Shown: positions 10,615 through 18,216 of the stretch, one piece after another
How the letters are laid out: the number at the start of each line of letters is the position of its first letter
Position numbering within the stretch: position 1 is the first letter of the stretch
Source of the DNA: Polynucleobacter sp. AP-Elch-400A-B2
GTDB taxonomy: Bacteria > Pseudomonadota > Gammaproteobacteria > Burkholderiales > Burkholderiaceae
Assembly (NCBI RefSeq): GCF_018688355.1
Contig: NZ_CP061317.1
Span: forward strand, 878,066 to 910,065
Direction of reading: 5' to 3'
DNA length: 32,000 nucleotides
Translations under genes and position numbers: made by a program
Notes under the pieces: generated by a model
What the model saw: only the letters and a program-made list of their open reading frames with translations
Databases searched by the model: none
What the model was told of the DNA's origin: nothing

Positions 10615-11328
10615 CTAAGCTGCCATAAGTGGGTTAGTAGGTTGCGGGCTAGTTTCTGCTTGAATAACGCCACCAGAGTTACCTGGCGGATTACGGACTG
10701 ATCGCACAAAATCTTCCAAGCGCTCTAATAACTTGCGATTACTTGAGCTCACTTGCAGTTGAGCTGATAAGACTTTAAGTAATTGATCATCAGGTAGGGC
10801 AATGCCTTCTTGTTGCAAAATCCATTGCGCCCGAGATAACCAGTCTTTAGCGGTTACTGGAGGCACCATCAAACATGAACTGCGATCACGCAATGCCATA
10901 TCCACTTGATCGATGTAGTTCGTTGTAAAGATGAACTGCGTATGACCGACCATGTCATCAACGATATCTCTAAAGGCAATGGCTGCTTTTAGGGTGAAAT
11001 TGATCTCGTTAGACAACACATAAGTGCGCTTTTGATCATTGGTAGTAAATAGCTTATAAAACATGGGTGGACCACCAAATACTTCAGTCACATCCGTTAT
11101 AGAGCTAAATTCCACTGCCTTTAAGCGGGTGATTTCAGCAGGCTTACCTTCAATAGCATCGGGCAATAGATTGGCAATCGTGGTTTTGCCAGTTCCAAAG
11201 CCGCCATGCAAAATCAAAGGTTTTAAATCCCTGCCATTGATGTAATCAGCCAATTTTGCTTTTAGGCTATTACTGCCTAGCACCACATCCTCAAGGGTTT
11301 TGGGTGCGTACTTGTATGCAAAGCTCAT
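10615..11328 (-). CDS. AAA+ ATPase, clamp-loader (RFC small subunit / DnaX N-terminal)-like
   Basis: KYAPKTLEDVV.., Walker A GGFGTGKTT, Walker-B position YVLSNE (N instead of D), sensor-1 FIFTTN, SRC-like RDRSSC. Collinear with the RFC/DnaX core, but only 237 aa. Confidence 0.7.
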   Translation of the reverse strand: MSFAYKYAPKTLEDVVLGSNSLKAKLADYINGRDLKPLILHGGFGTGKTTIANLLPDAIEGKPAEITRLKAVEFSSITDVTEVFGGPPMFYKLFTTNDQKRTYVLSNEINFTLKAAIAFRDIVDDMVGHTQFIFTTNYIDQVDMALRDRSSCLMVPPVTAKDWLSRAQWILQQEGIALPDDQLLKVLSAQLQVSSSNRKLLERLEDFVRSVRNPPGNSGGVIQAETSPQPTNPLMAA

Positions 11329-11401
11329 AGTATTTCCTTTATGAAGTGTAAAAAGCAGGGGAGGTTGATCAGTCCTAAACCCCTGTTAATTGATCAATTA
11401 C

Positions 11402-12178
11402 TTAAGCCATTTCTTTGAAGAAGGCTTGGTTTGCGGCCTCACTAATTGCCGCTTGCGCTGCAAGTTCTGCTTGGGCTTTGACGTGCTCTTCCACCTTATT
11501 GACTAACTCTTGAGCTATTTTGCGTATGGCTTGCTCAATCATGGCAGTGGTAGAGCCTGGTACTACGCTTAAGACTTGCGTTTGACCACTAGCTAGCATC
11601 TTGCCAATTAACAAGGTGTATTCAGCCGAATCAGCAGGGTGAGCTAATGCTGTCTTAGGTACCAAAGCCAAAGGATGTTGCAGCTGATTAACCAGCAATT
11701 GCTTCACTTCGGCTACCTTGGTGTCTAACTGACCACGTTTTTGAATGGTCTCATCAGTGATGCCTTTGGTGCTAGCCACTTCTTCGATACCGCCAACTTT
11801 GGTGACCCATTCGGCAAAGTCTTTGACAGAGATCAATTCCTTCGCCGCTACTCGCAGAGCGCGAGAATACGCGGAAGCTCTACGACGCTCAGCGTTAAAC
11901 ACGTACTTTACGATTAAGGTAAGTACCGGGGTACTAGCTTGGACTTTGACACCACGACTATCCAAAGTAATCTTGATATTCTCAAGAACGGCCTTTTCAG
12001 CAGAGCTACCCTTAATTTCGTAATACATACCAAGACACTCCGAAAGTAGGGTGTAAAGACCTTTATTGGATTTGTCGAAAAAGTCACGTTGCCAAACTTG
12101 ACGACGATTTGCTAAGGCATCGAGCTTTACCAAGGTTGCGTTAACAATTTCTTGCTTTTGATTTGCTGTGATTCTCAT
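11402..12178 (-). CDS. hypothetical protein (258 aa)
   Basis: Long clean ORF with AAGGAG upstream of the ATG at 12178. No motif I can name. Ala/Glu-rich helical C-terminal tail. Confidence 0.6.
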   Translation of the reverse strand: MRITANQKQEIVNATLVKLDALANRRQVWQRDFFDKSNKGLYTLLSECLGMYYEIKGSSAEKAVLENIKITLDSRGVKVQASTPVLTLIVKYVFNAERRRASAYSRALRVAAKELISVKDFAEWVTKVGGIEEVASTKGITDETIQKRGQLDTKVAEVKQLLVNQLQHPLALVPKTALAHPADSAEYTLLIGKMLASGQTQVLSVVPGSTTAMIEQAIRKIAQELVNKVEEHVKAQAELAAQAAISEAANQAFFKEMA

Positions 12179-12426
12179 TGTGCTGCTCCTTCATTTTTTA
12201 AAAATTATCAACACGGTTTTGGCGAGATTGCCGGTGATGCTTTTTGTGTTGATGGAAGCAGTCTAATTTTTTTCGTATTTTTCGCGCAAATTTCGCTGTT
12301 GTTTTATTTCCTTGACACAAAATTGTGAAAAATCAAAGCCAGGTAGATATTGGCTTGTAGGGCGATTTTATTTTTGAGAAAAAATCACCAAAAAACTCTG
12401 TTTGAAAAATTTATGAGGAGAAATTA

Positions 12427-12993
12427 CTAAATTAATTCAACTGCATTTCTCTTTTGCTCATCATTTACATCAATGTATCTTTGCGTAACTGCGATTGATC
12501 TGTGGCCAGCTAAAGAGGCTAAGATTCGAACACCGATCCCTTTATTAGCCAAAGTAGTAATAAAGAATTTTCTTCCCGAATGGCTGCTCCCGCCACTTAT
12601 GCCCACATTCTTATAAAGCTGATGAAACCAAACACATAAGCCATTAGGGCTAAAGCGCAGACGATGATCGGTATGAAAGAAAGGGATATCCGAGCTTTTA
12701 ATGTGCCTAGTAGTTAGGTAATTAGCGAGTTCGGTTTGTAAACGCTGAGAAACAAACACCGTTCTTGGGTGCTTACCCTTGGTCTGCGCTGCCGATAGGC
12801 GAATCTCATTCTTAATGGTGCCATCGGGGTTTACTACGTCACCCATGGTGAGTGAGGCTATTTCGGCGACCCTTAGGCCACCTAAGAAACTGGTAAGAAT
12901 GATTGCTCTATCGCGTAGAGCGTACTTTTTGGTGCTGACGTAATTAAGAACTTGATCAAGTTCTGCTTGAGATAAGGTTTTTGCTTGTGCCAT
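12427..12993 (-). CDS. short tyrosine recombinase, catalytic domain only (FimB/FimE-sized)
   Basis: 188 aa. GGLRVAEIASL (Arg I), SSHSGRKFFIT (HxxR), LAGHRSIAVTQRY (H..Y). No N-terminal core-binding domain. Confidence 0.85.
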   Translation of the reverse strand: MAQAKTLSQAELDQVLNYVSTKKYALRDRAIILTSFLGGLRVAEIASLTMGDVVNPDGTIKNEIRLSAAQTKGKHPRTVFVSQRLQTELANYLTTRHIKSSDIPFFHTDHRLRFSPNGLCVWFHQLYKNVGISGGSSHSGRKFFITTLANKGIGVRILASLAGHRSIAVTQRYIDVNDEQKRNAVELI

Positions 12994-13126
12994 TTGGTTT
13001 TCCTGTCATAAATAAAATGTACGTTTTAAGTATGTTTTCTTATTAGGAAAAGGTCGACCTCAGATTGTTTTGCAAGTGTCACGTAACAGGACAAAAAGAC
13101 CTTCCAAGAATCAATGACTTACAAGA

Positions 13127-13158
13127 CAGGTTAAGAAAAGTGTAATTTTCTTAACCTG
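13127..13158. terminator. 13-bp perfect hairpin (caggttaagaaaa-gtgtaa-ttttcttaacctg), likely bidirectional terminator
   Basis: Read directly. Followed by atttt on the plus strand. Lies between the 177-aa gene end and the recombinase promoter region. Confidence 0.55.
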
Positions 13159-13234
13159 ATTTTGCTTATAAGTATTTAGCAAAGATCGCCAAGATCTGTC
13201 GTCTTTAGACGACGACCTTAGCAAACACTTCAAA

Positions 13235-13768
13235 TCACTGGATGGCGTACTTTTTGAGGTTCTCAAGTGCTTGCTTATATCCACCGGCAAATACGCCGTT
13301 TGTAGACGGTTTTTGAGGTGAATTCAGCTCGGATTGCGAAGTGGCTATTAGTGCTGGAGTGGGTTTTCCGGGAATTCTGGCAATACAGCCACGTACAGGC
13401 AGCTCCCGGTATTCATTGATCCCATGTGAAGAGTCATCTATTTGGATGGTAATTCTGCTGTAGTTCATATCTAAAGCCGCATACCCTTCAATAGCACTCT
13501 TAACGCCATTCTCATACCGATAAATCCAGCTCATTAATACTCCGTCTTCATTTGTTGGGATATTGCTTAGTCGAGCTGCCATTTCCGTATGTATAGGGCT
13601 CTTGGGGAAATGAAACCAAGCTTCGACCTCCTCAAAATCTACTAAATACTTGGCATAAGGACTTGGGATCTCTAATGTGCCGTTGTAGATGGCTTTGCGA
13701 TATTGACCTTTGCCGAAGGTTGTTCCGTACATTTTGTTTTCCCATAAGCGGGCTGTGATTTCTTTCAT
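13235..13768 (-). CDS. hypothetical protein (177 aa)
   Basis: Clean ORF with AAGGAG-like sequence (aaggagatt) upstream. No recognisable motif. Confidence 0.55.
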   Translation of the reverse strand: MKEITARLWENKMYGTTFGKGQYRKAIYNGTLEIPSPYAKYLVDFEEVEAWFHFPKSPIHTEMAARLSNIPTNEDGVLMSWIYRYENGVKSAIEGYAALDMNYSRITIQIDDSSHGINEYRELPVRGCIARIPGKPTPALIATSQSELNSPQKPSTNGVFAGGYKQALENLKKYAIQ

Positions 13769-13840
13769 TTTTAATCTCCTTGAATGTTGAAAGGAGTCGC
13801 GGTGTTGCTTGAGATGCAGGGAGTGGCAGAGACAAAAGAT

Positions 13841-13950
13841 AGTTGCTGTTGCGTGAGTTGCTGTTCAGAGCTACTCATTTGTCCCAAATACAGCAACTAA
13901 CTGCATCTTTTACTGCAACTTATTTCTTAATCGCATCTCAATGCAACTCA
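13841..13950. promoter_or_regulatory. iteron-like array of GCA(A/T)CT hexamers in a divergent intergenic region
   Basis: agttgctgtt at 13841-13850 and 13856-13865. The reverse-complement orientation appears as cagcaact (13891), ctgcaact (13913) and atgcaact (13941). These are interleaved with gcatct at 13903 and 13932. Confidence 0.5.
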
Positions 13951-14103
13951 TTACGCGACTCGTAAATATTTAGCCCTTGTTAATAAAAACCATATTTTTT
14001 ATGTCCAAAATGAGCCGATTTGCTCGTGATCTAAAAAGAGGTCGACCAAAGCGCCATATCGAAAACACACTTAATGGGCCCATTAACTACACAGGAGAAT
14101 CAA

Positions 14104-14544
14104 ATGAGCCAATTAAGTCACTTAAAGCTAGTCGCAGTCAAAAAGCCTCGCAATATGCCGGCAATCGTTATACGTAGGAATAAATTGGGATCAAAACTCT
14201 GGGAGCAGATCCAGCTAGCTAAAAGTCAGTTAGAAGGAACACCGTTTGTAGTTATGAAATACAAAACAGTGAAAGATCGTGAAACAGGACTACGCAAACA
14301 AGTAGAAGTGCCCAAGCGCATTAAGCCATGGTGGTTTCAGAGTGAAGAAGGTAAAGTCTGCGTTTCCGTGAAATACGGGAGCTGGACTATAGAGTTGGTC
14401 AAAGGTAAGCCCAGCGTTGAAGTAGCTAGTGGTGAGGCTTTAATTAAAGCCTTGGAATCCATTAAAGCGGCAGTAGAAGCAGGGGAGCTCGATGAGCAAA
14501 TTGAGGCAGCTAGTGCTGGATTGCGGAGTGGATTTAGACGTTAA
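14104..14544 (+). CDS. hypothetical protein (146 aa from ATG 14104)
   Basis: AGGAG lies 7 nt upstream of ATG 14104; the track start 14074 has no RBS. No recognisable motif. Its 3' end overlaps the 3' end of the protease gene by 11 nt (convergent). Confidence 0.55.
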   Translation: MSQLSHLKLVAVKKPRNMPAIVIRRNKLGSKLWEQIQLAKSQLEGTPFVVMKYKTVKDRETGLRKQVEVPKRIKPWWFQSEEGKVCVSVKYGSWTIELVKGKPSVEVASGEALIKALESIKAAVEAGELDEQIEAASAGLRSGFRR

Positions 14545-15409
14545 GTGTTGGTGGTAATAGGGATTTAATAATAGGCTCAAACTCAAGTAAGCAATTCGAG
14601 TTAATGGCTACACCAATATTGTTTGGTATTTGAGTAATAGGTATAGGCATTAGTGAAGTTGGCGTAGTAACAATTGCTATTTCACCTTCTGCGGTATGCA
14701 TTGCTCCAGCGTAATGAATACCTAGCAATAAAATTCTCTTACCAGTTATAAATGTATTCCCATTTCTATCGGAAAATCCATTTAAATTAGCAAGCAAAAC
14801 TGGAGATCCACTTGATCCGGGGTAACTCGCAATATCTGTTAGAAATTCTAATTTTCCGTTCCAATTGATATATGGATGGGTGGCAGTTACTCCTCTTCTA
14901 ATTACGGGTAAGTTATTTAGTGAGTCCCAGATTCCGCTAGGATAGCCAATCATTATTATGTCTTCCATCGGCGAAAGGCTCTCGCGCACATCATTTTCTG
15001 GAATTATTGCTTTTGATAGTGGAGTAAAGAAAATTTCTGCTCCGCTATCTTTAACTTCATTAAGTAGCGGCCCTAGCAAAAAAATAGCCAAATCAACTTT
15101 ATCACTTGGGTGTTTGATCCATAGGCTCTCAAAATTATTGAAAGTAAATTTTTTGTGATTGCCAATTAAAGGCTTGCCGTCGGAGCCCTTAAGCGTCAAG
15201 TTGAATCCACCGCTTAATGCATCTTTAATTACATGTTTATTAGAAACTATTGCAGGAATAGATTTTCCATTTTCTTCTAAAAAGTTCATGAAAAAACCAG
15301 TACCACATGAACCTTTACCATCTTTTGTCGTGGATTCGATCCTTGTTGTGCAATGTACTAAATGATCTATCGGCCCCATGTTCAAGATGTTCTCCTTTTT
15401 CTGGTCCAT
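14534..15409 (-). CDS. trypsin-like (S1/chymotrypsin fold) serine protease, no signal peptide
   Basis: GTGFFMN.., SNKHVI (His), KVDLAIF (Asp), GYPSG, SYPGSSGSPVLL (Ser). N-terminus is hydrophilic, so the protein is probably cytoplasmic. Confidence 0.85.
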   Translation of the reverse strand: MDQKKENILNMGPIDHLVHCTTRIESTTKDGKGSCGTGFFMNFLEENGKSIPAIVSNKHVIKDALSGGFNLTLKGSDGKPLIGNHKKFTFNNFESLWIKHPSDKVDLAIFLLGPLLNEVKDSGAEIFFTPLSKAIIPENDVRESLSPMEDIIMIGYPSGIWDSLNNLPVIRRGVTATHPYINWNGKLEFLTDIASYPGSSGSPVLLANLNGFSDRNGNTFITGKRILLLGIHYAGAMHTAEGEIAIVTTPTSLMPIPITQIPNNIGVAINSNCLLEFEPIIKSLLPPTLNV

Positions 15410-15464
15410 TCATCATAAGCTAGGAGAGAGTGATTGTTATATTTGCATTTTGCTAAATATCTAT

Positions 15465-15611
15465 ATGAAAAGATATAAGGCAACGGTCAATGCGGCGGGC
15501 ATGTGGGTAGAAACTATTCTCTACGCCCAAAATCCGGCCCAGGCATATAAGCTGTTTCAAGCTATCTTTGGCGCCAATAACGTGCCACATCAACCGCTAC
15601 AGATTGGTTAA
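15465..15611 (+). CDS. small hypothetical protein (48 aa, MKRYKATVNAAGMWVETILYAQNP..)
   Basis: ATG at 15465 within track ORF 15378-15611. No clear RBS. A decayed look-alike sits at 28283-28465. Confidence 0.35.
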   Translation: MKRYKATVNAAGMWVETILYAQNPAQAYKLFQAIFGANNVPHQPLQIG

Positions 15612-15613
15612 CT

Positions 15614-15784
15614 ATGAGATTTGATGAAATTGCTGCTCAAAAGCCGCTAAGTCCTGAGCAAGCTAGGTTGAAATCAATGAAGGATCGTGTAAAGCGTGAC
15701 CAAGAGGCTGTTAAGGCTGAGCGGGCTAGACAGAAGATTAAGGCTGGGCAGTCGGAGTTGGGTCGGTCAACATCAGTTTCTTAG
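15614..15784 (+). CDS. small basic hypothetical protein (56 aa)
   Basis: My translation: MRFDEIAAQKPLSPEQARLKSMKDRVKRDQEAVKAERARQKIKAGQSELGRSTSVS. It starts 2 nt after the previous stop. Below the track length cutoff. Confidence 0.35.
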   Translation: MRFDEIAAQKPLSPEQARLKSMKDRVKRDQEAVKAERARQKIKAGQSELGRSTSVS

Positions 15785-15991
15785 GGATTTATTGTTTCCA
15801 GCCAGTGTTTGCATGGCATAGATGCCCCCTTTTGCGAAACCATCCTTGTAATAGACATCAATCGGATCTTCGCCTGGTTTAACTTTTAAGATTGGGATCG
15901 GAGGTACGCCAGTATAGGTACCTTTTACATCTATACATCCATCAATAAATCCTTGCTTCCAGGCTTCATTAATATCATTAAAATTATGCAT
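15773..15991 (-). CDS. hypothetical protein (72 aa)
   Basis: AAGGAG lies 6 nt upstream of the ATG at 15991. Confidence 0.5.
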   Translation of the reverse strand: MHNFNDINEAWKQGFIDGCIDVKGTYTGVPPIPILKVKPGEDPIDVYYKDGFAKGGIYAMQTLAGNNKSLRN

Positions 15992-16141
15992 ATAAGTCTC
16001 CTTATGATTACTAGAATGATCTCAGTATTATTCGTGCTTAGCAACAATTTTTGTAATGTGCATTGGAGGAGGTACCTCAGACTAGATTGGAGGCAATCAC
16101 TCGATAGTCTCAACAAAATATATTTTTTAAGGAATTTCTAA

Positions 16142-16417
16142 ATGTCGCTTCCCCCGATTCTTGATGATCTTATTCGATACTGCCAGGTTAAAAGCTTTTC
16201 AATGGAGAAGGTCGCTAATTTTAGAGATCAGTGGGAAAGTAATGATGATCTAAACTCTTTGGAAGCAATTGCTATTCCATGTCCAGAGTGCTTTATGAAT
16301 GATGTCAAAGATTCAAGAGGGCTTTATCAACTGGGATTAGATGAAGCTGAGCAGCAATATATGAAGTGCTATACCTGTAAAGTTAAGATTCCAGTTACTG
16401 ATGAGGATGATATTTAG
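16142..16417 (+). CDS. hypothetical zinc-ribbon protein (91 aa)
   Basis: CPEC .. CYTC pair spaced ~30 aa apart. AAGGA upstream of the ATG. Confidence 0.5.
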   Translation: MSLPPILDDLIRYCQVKSFSMEKVANFRDQWESNDDLNSLEAIAIPCPECFMNDVKDSRGLYQLGLDEAEQQYMKCYTCKVKIPVTDEDDI

Positions 16418-16427
16418 AACTTCTCAA

Positions 16428-16469
16428 TTGTCACGTAACGCGACACCATTTAGTGTCGGTTTAACCGAC
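16428..16469. repeat. island right-junction motifs: ttgtcacgtaacgcgac + gtgtcggtttaaccgac
   Basis: Same two motifs as at 9096-9177, but in swapped order and 8 nt apart. Confidence 0.7.
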
Positions 16470-16600
16470 TCTACATCTGCGGATGCCACAAACCACACAG
16501 TCAATTCCACATGATTCCACAGATCTCGGTGCGTATGCCACACCTGATCTAGCCAGGCTTAAACCATTGTCTAAGCTATTGATTTATATCATTTTTACAG

Positions 16601-16645
16601 CTTCTAAGGCGTAGGTCGCACGTTCGAATCGTGCTGGGCAGGCCA
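16601..16645 (+). repeat. 3' 45 nt of a tRNA-Arg(UCU) gene (anticodon loop to CCA); att-type repeat, not a functional tRNA
   Basis: cttctaa (loop, anticodon TCT) ggcgt aggtc gcacg-ttcgaat-cgtgc tgggcag g cca. No upstream 5' acceptor strand (ctgccca) or D arm. Confidence 0.8.
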
Positions 16646-16840
16646 AGAATCCAACTGGCTGATGAGTTTTATTAAAAAACCTCAGTTTACAAGCCTCAAT
16701 GGAGTATTTTTGTGTATCAGTAGAGCTACGCCTTGTTATATCCCCGGCACTATGTAGAATGGTTCCAATATCTCTCCGAGCTGACTTGGCATCTTGCCAA
16801 ACCTACCGCCCTAGATTTCGAACATAGTTCAATTCTTGGG

Positions 16841-18097
16841 GTGTCAGTGAATTCCACCATCATTAATGGCATCAAAGCAATTTGTAGCTCAATTTCAATA
16901 ACCATATTGATTGGGGGTTGCACTACTCCCGTCACTCCAGACTTTACAGAGATGTCGGCACGCTACGCCGTCATTTTGGAGCAGTACCAATTAAATAGCA
17001 TCCTGATTAATATCATCCGCGCATCCAATGAGCGCCCGTTAAGTTTTCTAGATATTCCCAGCATCACTGGATCTGGTAATGTAAGTTTTAATACAGGATT
17101 AGGTCCATCAATGAATGGTTTCATTGGAGGGCTTGCAGGCGGCCCTCTTGGCATAAGCTCATTTAGCCCAAGTCTCAACCCATCTTTTGGTAATAGTTTT
17201 AACTTTTCCCAGTCCTCACTTGATAACGCCACTTTTCTGCAAGGATTTTTATCTCAAATCCCCATTGGAACTGCCAAGTTTTTTATTTCCGATAATATCC
17301 CGAGAGAGGTAATGTTTAGTCTAGTAGTTGCTTCAATTGAAATTAAGCAATCTGATGGTAAATCTACTCGGTATATAAACAATCCGCTTCTACCAGAATA
17401 TCCGGCCTTCCAAGCCGAGCTTTATAAGTTGCTAAGTTACGGCTTGACTGTTGATCAGGTCAAAGAGGGGCCAAAGAAAAATAGTTCTCCTGCATTAGGT
17501 AGAACAGCAAACTATTCACAACCTAACATGCCATCGCCTTATCAAAGTCCAGGTGGGTATGGCGGGTATGGCGGGTATGGTGGATCATCCGGTGCTTATG
17601 GTGGAATGTACGGCCAAATGCAACTGCAACCTCAATTTAAGATTTGCGTTGATGAGAACAAATTTGCCAACTTTGTTAAAGAAGAATTTAGCTCTGACAT
17701 TTTTTGCAAAGCAAGTCTAAACGCCCCTAAAAATAGGAGCTCTAAATCTGAACTGATCTTAACCATTCGATCACCCAATACAGTCTTCGAATATCTTGGA
17801 CAGGTAGTATCCGCCCAGAATCAAGAAAACCCCTTCATTGTTACATTGCCTCCATCAGCAACTACTCAAGCTCGAAAAATTGGCCAAGAAAATCAATATG
17901 CCTTATTGATTGTCAGAAAAAATGACTCAAGTAATAAAAATTTTGCAAGAGTAAAAAATATTGATGACGATGTTCATAGTATTCCAGCAAACGATAACGG
18001 CTATTCCCCAATGGTCTTGAAGATTATTTCGCAATTATTAAGTCTTAATAAAGTCCCTGGCAGTATTCCAGCATCACCAGGAATTCTCTTGCGTTAA
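16841..18097 (+). CDS. putative lipoprotein with G/S/N-rich and GYGGYGGYGG low-complexity regions (track ORF starts at 16733)
   Basis: Lipobox-like ..SISITILIGGC reachable from in-frame GTG 16841/16847. Q/G/Y-rich stretch SPGGYGGYGGYGGSSGAYGGMYGQMQLQPQ. C-terminal domain not recognised. Confidence 0.6.
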   Translation: MSVNSTIINGIKAICSSISITILIGGCTTPVTPDFTEMSARYAVILEQYQLNSILINIIRASNERPLSFLDIPSITGSGNVSFNTGLGPSMNGFIGGLAGGPLGISSFSPSLNPSFGNSFNFSQSSLDNATFLQGFLSQIPIGTAKFFISDNIPREVMFSLVVASIEIKQSDGKSTRYINNPLLPEYPAFQAELYKLLSYGLTVDQVKEGPKKNSSPALGRTANYSQPNMPSPYQSPGGYGGYGGYGGSSGAYGGMYGQMQLQPQFKICVDENKFANFVKEEFSSDIFCKASLNAPKNRSSKSELILTIRSPNTVFEYLGQVVSAQNQENPFIVTLPPSATTQARKIGQENQYALLIVRKNDSSNKNFARVKNIDDDVHSIPANDNGYSPMVLKIISQLLSLNKVPGSIPASPGILLR

Positions 18098-18216
18098 TGT
18101 CCAGCATGCTTTTTGCCAGACAGTATGACTTCACTCTGAAGTACAGCCTCCAAAGAGAGGGAGATTAAGTTTGTTCTTATCACCAACGGATATTTAAATA
18201 ATTAAAAGGAACTGCC

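Larger units (their letters stand above)
9045..16645 (+). mobile_element. integrase-bearing genomic island (integrative element); boundaries approximate
   Basis: The integrase is at the left edge. The right edge is a 45-nt tRNA-Arg(UCU) 3' fragment. Junction motifs occur at both ends (9096-9177 and 16428-16469). Cargo is almost entirely orphan genes. Confidence 0.6.

Noticed and set aside
12312-12340. TTGACA hexamer and cacaaaattgtg near-palindrome on the plus strand between the 258-aa gene and the short recombinase
   Set aside because: There is no acceptable -10 at 16-18 nt spacing and no downstream plus-strand gene. It is more likely an operator or coincidence than a promoter.
14958-15365. 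Plus-strand ORFs 14958-15158 and 15159-15365; also 11063-11245, 11745-12023, 13632-13835, 15931-16141, 16750-17232, 18318-18539, 19240-19569, 25149-25530, 30363-30742, 31604-31855
   Set aside because: All lie antisense to, or out of frame within, longer ORFs that carry recognisable motifs or good start contexts.
16540-16645. Possible intact tRNA gene at each of the three tRNA-like loci
   Set aside because: Only the anticodon loop, the 3' half of the anticodon stem, the variable loop, the T arm and the 3' acceptor strand are present. The complementary 5' acceptor strand (ctgccca) and D arm are absent upstream of all three copies.
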